Notes under the pieces: model-generated
What the model was told of the DNA's origin: nothing
The model's input: the letters and a program-made list of their open reading frames with translations, nothing else
The model's database searches: none
Assembly: GCA_964016885.1 (NCBI GenBank)
Contig: OZ024747.1
Location: forward strand, 69,874,001 to 69,938,000
Source: Eledone cirrhosa
Taxonomy: Eukaryota
Direction of reading: 5' to 3'
DNA length: 64,000 nt
Part shown: positions 1-13,694 of the stretch, piece by piece
Position numbering within the stretch: position 1 is the first letter of the stretch
Layout: each line of letters begins with the position of its first letter
Program-made: the position numbers and the translations under genes

Positions 1-1015
1 GCATTACTTTATGTGTGTCTTTTATTTTTTCTGCACATAAAACATTGGCTGGAGATACTCATTTGCATATAATGCGAACTTGATAGACTAAGCAAAAAAT
101 ATATAAGCTTTAGCTCGTTTCTGTCTCTGTTCCAAGTAAGTAAATATCACATATGATGGATAAAAATCCCCAAACATGCATATCACTGGCTACTGAGACA
201 GCTGAAAGATGATCCTAACTTAAGATAATCATAGCAAAATACGTGTGTGCTTATTATACATAGACATATCATATATGTCTTAATATACACCCTATTATGA
301 ACCATGCTATGTTAGTGGTACTTGTAATTAATCTTAGACTGTCAAGTTTGCACTATATGCAAAGAAGCATTGCCAAGTCATATGCAGGAGCTTGTGGAAG
401 TAGCAGCACACACAGATACACACACAGACACTAAAACATGCATGTGCAGACCATATAAACACCCCAAAAAGACAAGATGTAGTAAATACATCAAAATTAA
501 AACAAAGAGGAGACACAAAGATGCTAAACCAATCATTGAGAATAGTACAGAATCTGTAACAATACAGCTTTAACAATTAAATATGACAATCAAGTAAACA
601 TCTGATTACTAAACTAACCAAGGAATGGATTAGTTATCTAACTAATGATAAAACTGAAGTCAAAATCAATTGGAGTATGCATGGTTTTATTGTCAGCCTG
701 ACCCTCCCAAAGTATAACTATAACTATATATATTTATATGTATATATTTATATATATTTACATATATTTACATACATATGCACAAGCACACACACACATA
801 CAATTTTACAGGGTTTTAAACAGCACTATCAGGTTAAAATGTATTAAGTCAAAAATATTGCAAAAGCTTCTATTTCTACTAAATTTCAAACTTGGCTTGC
901 TGTTTCAAAACAAATTTGCTTTGTATATATGTATTGTTCAAAATGACAAACAAACAAATGCAGGACTCAATTGTACAGTGTTATTAGTTTCACGCTTGGT
1001 GAAAATGGGGGAGGT

Positions 1016-1046
1016 TACGACGTTTCAGACATAAGTCCTTTATCAG
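1016..1046 (-). ncRNA. Degenerate hammerhead ribozyme motif at the PLE 3' end
   Basis: Minus: CTGATAA aGGAC ttat GTCT GAAA CGTC directly at the GIY-YIG stop; G8 is mutated and stem I is not evident. Confidence 0.5.
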
Positions 1047-2190
1047 GAAAGTAAGGAGCAGAAGTGTCTGGCGATGGGGGGAAATGAGCCGAGGCGGATG
1101 TCGCTGAGGTGTTCGGCAGACTGGTCAGCCAGACAGAGTCCGGTCTGTCCAACATAGAACGCCGCACCACACTCTGTGCAGTAGAGTCCATAGGCAAGGC
1201 TGGAAGAGGTGCAGTGAAAGGAATGCTGGACAGAGAGGGAGTGACCATTGGGTCCCTGGAAGGTAGTGGTATTGGTGATGTAGGGGCATGTGTGGCAGTG
1301 GGATCGGGAGCAGGGAAGGGATCCAGGGGAGGAATGACAGTTGGGGGGGTAGGGAGCTGTGTACGAGGAGGTTGCAGAAGTTACGTGCATCTTTGAAGGA
1401 GGGGAAGTAGGAAGATGGGGGAGGTAGATAGGTCTGATCGAGGTGTCGGAAGAGGTGAAGGATAGTTTGTTGGAGGGGTAGGGTGGCTGGGTGGTAGGCG
1501 AGGGTGAAAGGGAGATGGTGGGTGGGTGGGGTGAGAGCAATGGTATGGCGGACAGTGCAGGCACAGATGAAATGACAGATCAGAGAAAGTTCCTGGGTCT
1601 CAAAGTCCACATCTCAGCTGCAAAGGAGGCGGATCTGGAGAAGTTGGGAGTAGGGAATGGAGTGTTTGGTGTGAGTGTAGTGGAAGGAATTAAAGTCGAG
1701 ATAGGAGTGGGAATCTAAGGGCTGAAGAAAGTGAAGGTGATGAGTGAGTGGTGGGAGGGGTTGATGGTGACAGAGATGTCCAAGAAGTGGACGGAGTGTG
1801 TGGAGATGGAGGTGGTGAAGTTTATGGAGGGATGGAAGGAGCAGAGGAAAGAGAGAAAGGAGTCGAGCTGCTCTCAGGTGAAAGCCGTAGACCCGATACA
1901 GTCATCAATATAACGATCATATAGTTCGGGGCTGGGACCAGTGTACTGGACAAAGATCTGAGCCTCAACATGGCCAATGAAAAGATTGGCATAGTTGGGG
2001 CCCATTCTTGTGCCCATGGCTACCCCAGGGACTTACTGGTAAAATTCACCCGAGACGGAGAAGTAGTTAAGAGTAAGGACCAGCTCGGCGAAGCGGAGGA
2101 GGGTGGAGGTGGAGGGGACGGGGGAGGGACGAATGTCAAGGTAGTGTTGGAGGGTGTGAAGGCTGTCAGCCTGGAGGATGGATTCTAGAG
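1016..2190 (-). mobile_element. Penelope-like retroelement fragment (RT C-half + GIY-YIG endonuclease), decayed
   Basis: Minus strand reads GVAMGTRMGPNYANLFIGHVE (~1965-2030), YDRYIDDCIG (~1893-1922) and CSRSHCHTCPYI...LAYGLYCTECGAAFYVGQTG...EHLSDIR (ORF 1043..1564); frameshifted. Confidence 0.9.
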
Positions 2191-3400
2191 CAATTCTTGG
2201 GCTACATAGAAAAAGAAAACAAAATAAACCAGAAGCTATTTTTTCCCCTGTCTATAATCTCTCTCTCTATATACATACATAGCAAGTTTGTTTTGTATAT
2301 ATATATATATGTGCATACATATGCACATGCTCATGCACACACACACATGCCAGTATGTGATTATGTAACAATACATTTATAAGACCTTCCTATGTGTATT
2401 AATGTTTAATTGTATGCACTCAATGTCTACAAATATATATGATTTGTTATTCCCTTCCTGCATGCTTTTGTTATAATTTGTGTTTATTTCATTTCTTCAA
2501 GTTCTCATTCATATCAACTATCAGTTATGCAACTAGCCAATTTATGCAAGTTATACAAGTTATTATAGTTTTGTTACTCTGTTTTCCAGCTTTTAATATA
2601 CAAGTTAAAACCCCCAAACAATGCTGTAGTTCCATGAATCTTACTTCATCAATACTTATGTCCACACTTCTTTTCCAATAAGATTCAATTAAAGAGCCAA
2701 TTTACACAGAAATCAAATTATTCAGCATGAATAAATTGCATATGTATACACCAAGTATATTTGCAGTGTGTTCACATATGAAGTGTATATATACACTTCA
2801 TATGTGAACACACTGCAAATATACTGCAAATATATATATTTGTCTGTGTGTATAATTATATGTGTGTGTGTGTATAAATATATATATGTGTGTGTGTCTA
2901 TATATATATAAATAAATATATATTCATATATGTGTGTGTATATGAATAAATATATATGAATGTGCATGTGTGTGGACTATACACACAGTAACATGTAAAC
3001 ATTGCTATTAATAAAATGATTTTCATCAATATTCATTCTCAAGTTTCCCTTTTTGCCTATTTAACATTTCATGGTATAGATTTCATTCAATTTGACTTTC
3101 ACTTTTTAACAAATTATCATTTGATTGCTACTTGGTGCATTTGAAATTTCTTCATCTACGATTTTCAGTTATTATTTGCATTATCATCATCATTATCATC
3201 ATCATCATCATCATCATTATCATCATCATCATCATCATCATCATCGTTTAACGTCCATCTTTCACGCTAGCATGCATATTCTTAATTATTACTTTCTGTT
3301 GACATTAGCTCTAATTTTCTGTAATTAATCTTATATGGCTTCCACTGAAGCTCATATAGGAGAATTAATTATATTGCTCTGTTTTTGTTCACTGTATAAG

Positions 3401-3655
3401 TTAACCCTTTTAACAGCAAACTGCTTGAAACTGTCATTGGTTCTATAACACTAAGCTATTTATAGTGTTTATATTTATCTAAAAGCCTTTCATCATAATT
3501 TTATGCAAGAACATTTTCTAAGTTATGTTTAAAACACCAGCTTAATAATGAGAAAGTTAGTTATTTTATCAAATCTTTACAATTAATTGATTATTTTCAA
3601 AGAGATTATAAAATCTTACTGTTTTTCATTAGAAATATAGTAACAAAAGGGTTAA
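3401..3655. mobile_element. TTAA-flanked MITE (piggyBac-like)
   Basis: Ends TTAACCCTTTT ... AAAAGGGTTAA. Confidence 0.65.
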
Positions 3656-4439
3656 ATATATCTGATAAAATCTATATATGCAATAAAAAATAAAAACTAC
3701 TTTCGTGAAAATTAAATTATTTTAATTTTCTCTTTAGGTTAATTTTCTGAAACAGACATTTTCACTATGAGATATTTCAACTGAGTCTCTTCAAAAAGTA
3801 TAAACATTCTTAAACATTTTTAAGCATTTTGTATAATTAAACAGCAAATTTTAATTAAAGAAAATGGATCAGAATTTTGCAGTTACAAAATTTTTAATCT
3901 AACTTATATCAGAAATTAGTTTATATCAAAGTTTGTCAAATGGCTATAAATAGGAAACAATTAAACAGAAAAATAAAACAATAGAAATAGAATACAATTA
4001 TAATAAACATTTATAGGTATTTTATTTGTTTTAATTTACTGCATTTTCTATATTTTGAATATTTTGCAGCCACCATTAAAATTTGTCTACAAATGCTTAC
4101 TGTGTACTTATATATGTTATTGATTTTAGCTGAATTATGAATCAAATAATACATGATTCTGAATTTTATTATGACAATGAGAAGGCCTACAATATTTCAA
4201 TTTGTAGTAAATTAAAATTGATTCACAGTTACTTTACAATCCCTTACTTTAACAAAGAGGAGTAAACTGTATCTGTGTCTTTTAGCTATGAAAATCTATA
4301 TCAAATGAAAGTTGTAAAAATGTATATAAACTGAAAATCCTGAAAATTACAGCCAACCACCAAGCAATTGATCCAAAAGTAACATATTTATCACAGGAAA
4401 ATTGTATATAAAATGAAATAAAACTTTTAGAATGTGAAC

Positions 4440-4885
4440 ATAAACTTAAACCTACTTAAAATGTGACACAACATCTCTGGTTGAAAATACTAAAGAATTT
4501 TGTAAAAATCTTTGATTATAGGATTTCTTTCTAAAGGAAGATTGTAGAAAATGAAGCAGGGTCCAAATCCCAGATGACCAGGAATAAAAACTTAAAGGAA
4601 TATATAACATATCTGAAAAGATCAGCAAACTCAGACATATATAATCAAATATTACAAAGGAAGAGCAAACAGACAGATTCCCCAATATTGATTAAAGGAG
4701 CAATTGTTATAATGGACAGGCCCCACAATAAAGATATGGTGTTAGAACAATTAAAATATAATAATTTCTATAAAACCTTAGAAAAAAAGACGGATAAATG
4801 AACAATGATCAATATTACTAGATTAACAAATAAATTTAAAGAAACTTAGCAGAAAAGGAGCTGGGTTATTCAAATAATCCAGTTT
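4440..4885 (+). mobile_element. Decayed PLE ORF N-terminal fragment
   Basis: ...KEFCKNL*L*DFF... and KGAIVIMDRPHNKDMVLEQLKYNNFYKTL, resembling the DKG-motif region upstream of PLE RTs. Confidence 0.6.
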
Positions 4886-5371
4886 TTATGTTCATCTGAT
4901 TGATATGCGATCACGTGGTTGGTTTCTATACTAAAATTTAATTTGCAAATGGTTAGTTCATTTGCATCACAGAATTCCAGGACCCTTAATTTAATATATA
5001 TATATTAGGCATGTAACAGGTTGATACACAATAAAAATTTAATATATGTAAACAAACCTTCATCGTGCATAGAGTGGTTGTTTTGTTACCAGCACCAGTA
5101 ATTCCCTGAATCACCTACCCTATATATATATATATATATAAATATATATGTATGTATGTGTGTATGCGTGTGTGTGTGTGTGTGTGTGTGTATAAAGTTG
5201 CAAACAAAAAGATTAAATATGTTGGATGAATGAGCAAAAGCATCTAACTCCCACTTCAATCAATTACTGATCAATGCAATTCCACACACACACACATATG
5301 TACATATATATACATATATATACATTTATATATATATACATACATATATATATATGCATATATACCTACAT

Positions 5372-5885
5372 ATCATCATCATCATCGTTTAACGTCCATC
5401 TTCCACGCTTGCATGGGTTTGGGCAGGAGTTTTCCCACTTGAGGCAAGATTGGTTGTCTTGCTCGCATAGGACTGTCTGGCGGGTTTTCTACGGCTGGAT
5501 GCCCTTCCTAACACCAACCACGTTTACAGTGTGGACTGGGAGGTTTATACCATGTTACCTACACAGCCACATTACAGCGTGGACTGTGTATTTTTTTTTA
5601 GTGACACCTACACGTCCTCATTTGTTTCGGACTGGATGTTGTGGTACCAACATAACTTCACACTTAAGGGGCGGGGGGGGGGGGTATTTTTGTTAGAGGT
5701 GCCTACTGACTGTAGGTTTCGCTTTGTACTTAGGTAAGGCGGGTCTTCTGTATAATGCTAAAGATCTCAGTCCAGTGACATTGTCTTGGAGAGGTGTAAG
5801 TGTGTGAGATCGGAATTTATCAAGTCGTCCCAGGTTTTTCTGGGTCTACCTACTCCGTGGCTACCGTCTATTTTTATCACCCTGC
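5372..5885 (-). mobile_element. RTE LINE 3' fragment
   Basis: (CAT)n tail, 3' UTR with TGGATGCCCTTCCTAAC and ORF end matching the 59114-62650 copy. Confidence 0.9.
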
Positions 5886-5972
5886 TCTTTTTTTATGTAT
5901 AAATATATATACACACATATATACACATATATATATACATATATATATATATATGTATATATATATACATAC

Positions 5973-6003
<31 letters not shown>

Positions 6004-7199
6004 CATACATATATACATATATATATATATGTGTGTGTGTGTGTGTCTATGTGTATATATATATATATATATATATTAATGAAGATGTTTATGAATAATC
6101 AAACAGAAACAATCACACATTAACTGAATAAGCACTGAATACATATAGATTTTATTTCATAAAGAAAAATGTGGTAGTGACTTTGGTGTCTAAGATGTAC
6201 TTCACCCCTTCAAGGATATATACATATGTACAGCATGCTGTGTGCTATTTTTCCTGATCCTTTCCTTCCTGCGAGCTCAGGAAGATGATGCAAAGATGTT
6301 TGTATCTAGTCTCAAGATGAAGTCATGTGTAAATACCCAAAAGAAATCAACCAAAAATGTTTGTTTTTCTTCACATAACTTTCTGATAAGCACATACCCC
6401 CAAAGATATTTACTCAGGGGTATGTGTTGAGATGATGGCACAATAAGGGAAGCATGCAAATATAGTTTATCAATGTACATTGATGAAAAATGTTAGTATC
6501 ACCAACAAAATGTTCATGTTGCATACCTACACACATCACAGATTGTGATATAAAATACATGAGCAATATTTCCCTAAACTATTAAAGATATCAATAAAAA
6601 TAGCAATAGATCTCTCTACTCTCAAATATAGTAATACATCTTCCTGGTTAGATTTAAAAAAATCATTAGTACTTCAAAATCAAACACAACTGAGCTTTTT
6701 CTTTTTCCACCTGAATAAGTACTCTCTCCAAATGGCTACAAAGGTGGTTCCTTGTAAGACATAGTGAAAAACAGTTTCCTTGATATGGCGTAATTATGTC
6801 TTGAGGTTGTTGAAAGAGATTAGTTTATCATATGTTCAGGCCTCTCTTAATTGAATCAACATAAGTATAGTGCATGGTATCTAAGTAGTGGGCAGATAAT
6901 GTCTGTATGTAGAGTAAAAGAAGAGTTAAGGGTGGGATCAACTGTGTAATGTTAAACGCAGTTTGAAAGAATGGCAGTTTATTAACCCTTTGAACTCTGA
7001 CTGCCAGGTCTGTAGTCATGAATATTGGATGTCTGCATGAAAATCACCCAAAAAAAAAAAAAAAAAAAAATTCAACCTGAAAAAAAATAAAGAAAACATA
7101 AGCAATGTAAGAAAATATGTTTTATTTTAATTAAACAACTCCAGATGGCTTTTAATCGATCTTAGATAAATATTTATTTGAAGTCGAAGGTAATGGTTA

Positions 7200-7400
7200 G
7201 CAGGTTATTCTCTTGTCAGTATTGTGCTGCCAAATCTACTTTCATCTCCACCTCATTTAAGGAATAAACGTTCTTGGCATATTAGGCTCCGTCTTTTGGC
7301 ATGTGCAGCCTTCTTGTTAGTTTCATCAACTAATAGCTGCTGCAATTCATGTCCAGAACACCTAATTCCAAACCACAGCATTATCCAGCCTTGCAGTAAG
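7200..7400 (-). pseudogene. Possible decayed piggyBac transposase fragment
   Basis: Minus: ELQQLLVDETNKKA...LNEVEMK, resembling piggyBac IVxETNxYA...EMK; a TTAACCCTTT end lies nearby at ~6982. Confidence 0.3.
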
Positions 7401-7718
7401 GTTATTTAAGACAATTCTAGGCCCTGAATCTTCAGTAGGATTGAAATCATCATCAGAAAATATTTCTTTATTACCATTTCAAAACATTGTTGGCATCAGT
7501 GAGTTTAAATCCTTAATAATGTTCAGAAAAAAAAAGAGCAGGGAAAATAACCAACCTCCCATGTATATTGGATTTGATAGCATATAGTTCAGAGAGTTTT
7601 GTTGATACACATTGAAATGAAATGGTCTGAGTGAAACCTTCTGATCAAGGAGATAAGGGATGGTTTGCACAACTTAGCAAGTAAGCTTTATGCTTTATAG
7701 AGAACAACATTAATATTT

Positions 7719-7795
7719 ACGGGGTCGATAAAATAAAGTACCTGTAATGCAGTGGGTAATTGCTGGCCTTGTGCCAAAAGTAGAAACAATTATTA
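7719..7795 (+). mobile_element. SINE family A 3' fragment
   Basis: CGGGGTCGATAAAATAAAGTACC...GTAGAAACAATTATT. Confidence 0.8.
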
Positions 7796-9509
7796 CTTTC
7801 CCAACATTTCTACTTTTTTAAGTCACAAACCTGAAACAGGTTTGTTATTCAAGAGAATAAGTATTTCAAAGATTAGGTCAATTAAAACTATACTAAGTGT
7901 CACTATGAAAGAAGCAAAAATTAATAGTAGTACAACTGTGTTAAGTATATTCAATGTAAAAGATGGCAGCACAAATAGACAACACTATTAATTTATTTAT
8001 AGAGAGTTTGAGAATTTGTATGGAGGAAAATTCTTCAATGTTAGCAGGCTGTCAATTCAGTAGGTGAGAGAGTTTGCAGGTCATGTGATGCACAAAATAT
8101 TGTAATGGAGGGAAAAGACAGATGTCTCCAAGCTGGTGATCAACTGAGATTTCCTTCGATCATTGTAGACAATTTCCTTTGGCAGAAAAAGTGAAACACA
8201 TCTGTAAAGGAACAACTTGCATGATTGGAGATTGTAGTCTTTTATTCTGTAAGGAATGTGAAGAATGATTTCAGTCACAAATATAGCTGTTTAATAGAAT
8301 ACAGAAATTGAGCCCATTGCTAACAAGCAGAGAACTAGTGAAGTTCCAGTCAGTTGACTGATTTCATGTACCAAAGATTCTGTGGACAAGAGGAGGATGA
8401 AGTAAATAACTGTGTGGATTATGGGAATTTTTGTGAATATGTATGAAATGTTTTGTATGGTAGCAATGACCCTGAATTTTTAGAAAGTATAAAAGTCATT
8501 AAAGATTTTTTTTTTCATGGGGGCATTACTGATATAAACAAATAGAAATAGATTCAAGGAAGAATCAAAAGCTGTTTGTGAATGCATGCTTCTATCAACT
8601 CTATAGCAAGAATCTTTGTAATTATTTATTTATTCCCATATATCTTGAAAGCTAAATTGTTTTCAGAAGGATTTCAATTCATAACAGATGATAGTGAAAC
8701 ACACTTTCGCATCAGTCACAATATGCCCTCAGGCTTCTTATAACTGACATTAATAAAGAATAAATGCTAGTTCTGTTTCTCTATGTAAACATCAACACAT
8801 GTATAACCCATGCTTAGCAACACAGTCGTTTATCATGCAGAAGTGTTCTTTATTCAGTTATTTGATATCTTTATTTCCTTATAGAATATCTCTTGAGAAA
8901 TGGTGTATAAAGAATGCAATACTAATATGAAAACAAATGACAGGCACCACTTATCAAAACATATGAATATTCAGAGTTTGTCTTGAATTAATTAAAAAAT
9001 CTTATTCTACTTAGTTTTATTATTTTCTAGAAAGCTTTCAACCATATTTCATTGGTAACATTGGTTCTTCCGAGATCTATTATTTATAAGATAACTAGTG
9101 TACTTCTTCTGTCAAAAATGACAGCTATTTCAATTATATTATTTAAATGAATTGTCTTTAGAGTTTATTTACTTACTTTTGTATTTATTCTTTATATTTC
9201 ATATTGGATTGATGAACAATAATATCATTTGTTACAAGTTTGAAATGGGCTAATCACTGCTTCACCATCATTCTGCAGGTGTGAGTAACAAGAAAGCATC
9301 TGCTACTTGGTGCTTAAACTTCATTTGAGAACAATTCTTTGGCTGCTATTCATGACCTAACATGTATACATTTATATTAATAATAATTTCATATCAATCT
9401 GTATATCTGTAAATATGCAGTACAGAGGTAACTCTGATTGTATAAATGCTTATATAATACACATTGTGTATATAGATACATAAATATGCCAAATATATGC
9501 ATTTCTTGA

Positions 9510-9880
9510 ATGCCAATGCTGTATGAGACTTTTGGCTTTTTGTGTGGAGGACTTACAAAGATTGGAAAGGAATAATCTTATGGACATGTAAATGTAGTGT
9601 ACACAAACGATGAAGCATCAATGAGCTGTGAGAAAAACTGGGCATAAAAGGGATCATATGCACTGTACAGGAGTAGAGGCTGCATTGGTATGGACATGTG
9701 ATGGAGAATGACAACTGTGTAAAAGATTGCAGAGCAGTCAAAGTCAATAGAACCTTTGAAAGGAGAAGATCTAGAAAAAAATAGGATAGTGTTGAACCTC
9801 ATGAAAGAGATGAGCAGGATTAAGTTGACCTACTACACACTACATTACAGAAGACTTACCTTCCCATGCAAGTAAAATGA
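9510..9880 (+). mobile_element. Old decayed RTE 3' fragment
   Basis: EDLQRLERN...RLHWYGHVM remnants. Confidence 0.7.
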
Positions 9881-10324
9881 AACAAGTATGGAGAAGATGG
9901 CTGTTATCTGGCAATATGCTTCCAACTCTTCCTCTCTGCATTTCCCCACATTAAACCCAAAGAAGTAGAAAGCTGGAACATTTAGTCCACACCTGCCCTT
10001 ATTCATAAAATTTCTCTTCCTAATATCCCTCCATTTACCCCTTCTTCATCCCCCTTCTTTATCCAACTTATATCCCTCCATACGTACCATTCTTCTTATC
10101 CCACTTCCTCATACAACCCATGCCAACGTTGAAAACTAGGGCTGGCCTTCTATCATTCAACTTACCCAATAAAATTTTGTTCTCCTTCCTTTCACATTCA
10201 CATCCAGAAATGTTCAGATCTGCTTAGTTGAGAGATAAGTTCATTAGATTCCTCTGCAGCCTCTCTGTCACTAATGATGAAATGCTTAAGAAATTTTCTT
10301 CTCAATTATATTCAATTCTATCGT

Positions 10325-10570
10325 GTGACATTTCGGGTAAGTACCTTTTACCATAGCTTCAGGTCAACCCAATGCTTGTGAATAAAATTGGGTAGATGGA
10401 AATTGTTTGGAAGCCCATCAGATGGACTGTACTTGTAATTGAAAAAGTTGAATCTCCCTGAGAATTACATCAAGATTACCCATGTTTGTGGATTACTCAG
10501 TCAGTTATACATTAATTTGATGACTAGGTGATTTCAATGATCAAATAACTGGAACATTCCTCCTGAAACT
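10325..10570 (+). mobile_element. Old SINE-like repeat
   Basis: Degenerate similarity to the reverse complement of 55490-55655 (GCTTGTGAATAAAATTGGGTAGATGGAAA...GAAGCCC). Confidence 0.4.
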
Positions 10571-11339
10571 AACAAATTTTCATTTACTTTATATGTGAAA
10601 TTACTTAGGAATCCCAAATATTCCATGTGTCGAATTTGTGCAGCAGTGCATTAGTGTGTTGTTGCTGCTGCTAGATGTGCATGGGCTTGTTTTGATTTCA
10701 GATCAAGCTTTATTGTTTGTGTTACAAATGCCTTTAGGAAGGGCATGACATTCTCATCTCAGCTTTTAAGCTTTAATAAAACTTATAGACATATCAATGT
10801 CAGAGGAAAAAGAACTTTACCTTTTTTTCTTCTATATAAATACATTACAGATTTAGTACAGGTAAATAGAAGACATTAAATACATTGTAATATCACTCAA
10901 CATTGCTCCAAACTATAAATAACTTTAGATCTCATCCCATCAGGAAAACAAATACCAGCAATTTACTGGTATTCATTCAATTAATTATCAATTCCTGCTT
11001 CTGATAAAAGCAAAATAATTTTTGTGATGATTAAGGAAGAACTTATTATTTTTGAGGTGTTAACAATGTCAAGGAATTCTCATTTCAGCAAATATTCTTC
11101 TGTATTATTACCATAAAATTGGAATGCTATTTTCGTATCCTTTGGGGTAGTTATTTGATTCATCAAAATCTATCTATAAACATGGCATCTTTTATCTCTC
11201 TTGCACATGTTTTAATAAATTTCAAATGACATAAAATATCTATAAAACATCATTCTACCTTGTCTTTGATGTTAAACATCACGAACAATCTGGTAATCTC
11301 ATTAATATTATGACACACTCACATATATGTTTGTAGATA

Positions 11340-11385
<46 letters not shown>

Positions 11386-11458
11386 TAAATATAACATATA
11401 TATACATATATATATACATATATAACATATATACATACATATATATAGATACATACAT

Positions 11459-11497
<39 letters not shown>

Positions 11498-12878
11498 TGT
11501 ATATATCCTTTTATATATGTTTGTGTGCTCATGCATATATATATAAACAATATCTTTTAATATAGAGACATAAATATTGTTCAGTTCCCAATTTAGAGAC
11601 ACCCCAGATATTTCATATCATTGAGAGTGTTCCTTAATTGTATATATCACATTTCCAATAAGACAAATGAGCCTTTACTATGACCATCAAAAACATCCTT
11701 CAAACTCATTTTAAGAATAAGGTGAGATTCCACTTAAAATATGGTGAAACTATTTAGGAGCCATACTTGATCAAAATTTTGATTTCTATTGCAAAAGAGA
11801 AAAAAGAAAAAATATACCTCGTAAATACTATAAGATATTTGCTTCATTTGCATTTAATGTTTTATACTCAGAGGAAGGGATATGATATATGTCTTAGAAA
11901 TGATGACATACAAAATAAACCTCATTAAAGATGAAGTCTTATAATTCCCTCAAGAAGTGAACATAAGTTATTTAAGAATACACTGTCACATTTACTACTT
12001 GAAGTACTAAAATTAAGTAAGAGCTTCAAGTTATAAACAAAAATTCCTATTGCAATTAAATATTTTCAAGTACTACCACTACATTATAATGGATTGTTGA
12101 GACTCACCACATATTAATATGTGAATATAATTTAGTAGTTTGTACAGAGATAATTTGGTTCTAAACTATATAATATATTCAATATTTCTTCAATGCAGGT
12201 CAGTAATTCTAGCCATATACAGATACATGGAGACATGCCTAAAACACATTCATGCAGGCTTAAATATTCAGATATAAAGGGAAATATGGTAATATACTAT
12301 GGAAATAAACTAATTTAAAATATTGTAAATAAGCAGTTTTAGCAGTATTCTCTGTGAAATATTGCCAATAAGTTATGTATGTAATAACAATACTTAAAAC
12401 CCAATTAAAACATTCCATTATCATAATTGCCTTCGAAAATTATATTATAGGAATATGTCATAATTATAGATTGAATCAAGTCATTATTCTATAGCCTTTC
12501 TAAACGTCTGTTAAATAACTTCTGTAACGTTTTATCTACCCTTAATTACCCAGGAATCTAATACATATTTGGTTCCAAACAGTATATATAATTTCTAGAC
12601 ATTCAAATACTCTTTCTTGTGAAGTTTTAACTCTGTCCTTATATCATCATATTTCAGCTAATACTAAATGCAAAGCAGCAATGTATATGAGGTTTTGGAA
12701 CCAATATCTCATATGTTATGAATTTCAAAATACAGGGATTTTGTTTTATTTCTGTGTAGTAGATTTTATACTATGTGACTTCGTTAATTTAATCAAGAAT
12801 AGAAGGAACAAACACCTTTGTTAAAATATTTACTTGCAATACACTAAAATATGAATACAAGAATATATATATATATAT

Positions 12879-13085
12879 AACAAAGGAAATGTGGTAAGGA
12901 ACCAGATGGACCATAACGCACCAGAGTACTCAATACTTAGGGTAGTAGAGTGGGAAATAGGAAAAAGTATGACCCCGATGGCAGAGCTCAAGCCGTTTCG
13001 ATGGCAATTTCTGGACGCAGAAATAGTCCAGAAATAGCCGTCGAAACGGCTTGAGCTCTGCCGTCTGGGTCATACTTTTTCCTAT
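12879..13085. mobile_element. PLE terminal-repeat fold-back element (Naiad-like family of 48280)
   Basis: Palindrome 12957-13085 with a 9-nt loop; arms match 48280-48392; flanked by (TA)n. Confidence 0.8.
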
Positions 13086-13106
13086 ATATATATATATATA
13101 TATATT

Positions 13107-13285
13107 TATTGTTATATTTGGGGAGGGTCATACTGTTATAATATTACCAGAAATAATAATAAAACACACTCACTGTGAGTGTGTTTTATTATTATTTCTG
13201 ACAATATTATAACAATATGACCCTCCCCAAATATAACAATATTTGTTTTAACACACGATTTCATATAAAAAACATAACAAAACAA
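13107..13285. repeat. 135-bp palindrome (GACCCTCCC...AACACACGATTTC family)
   Basis: 13107-13241 is self-complementary about 13174 with ~3 mismatches; right arm continues; related to 18960 and 655-718. Confidence 0.85.
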
Positions 13286-13301
13286 ATATATATATATATT
13301 T

Positions 13302-13610
13302 ATGTATTTCAATTTTGTATTTCTAAAGAAATACATTATGTTTATAAATAAACATTTAGAAAGCCATAGCTATGAATAAAACTGGCAACCAACACTCATT
13401 TTGCCTGTTTTCAAAGTCTGGCAGTTGCAAGAGCAGGAGAGACCATCCTGACAAGGACCAGTCGAGTTTGAAATGCATCGGTTGTCCCCCTTGCTTCTGC
13501 CAAAAACCACTTGGGTAGTATTGGCTGCCAATGTTATTTATAGCTATGGCTTTCCAAATATTTATTCATAAACATACTGTATTTCTTTCGAAATACAAAA
13601 TTCAAATACA
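13302..13610 (+). mobile_element. Inverted-arm element with decayed HHR
   Basis: Arms 13302-13397 / 13517-13610; spacer CTGACAA GGAC..GTTT GAAA TGCA TC with long stem I. Confidence 0.7.
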
Positions 13611-13643
13611 TATGCGTATACAGTTATATTCGAAGTTAAATTC

Positions 13644-13694
<51 letters not shown>

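Noticed and set aside
600-665. CTGATTA...AAAACTGAAGTC HHR-like string
   Set aside because: Two core mismatches and no stem I
6390-6428. 11-bp hairpin GCACATACCCC/GGGGTATGTGT
   Set aside because: Too short for a pre-miRNA; no other support
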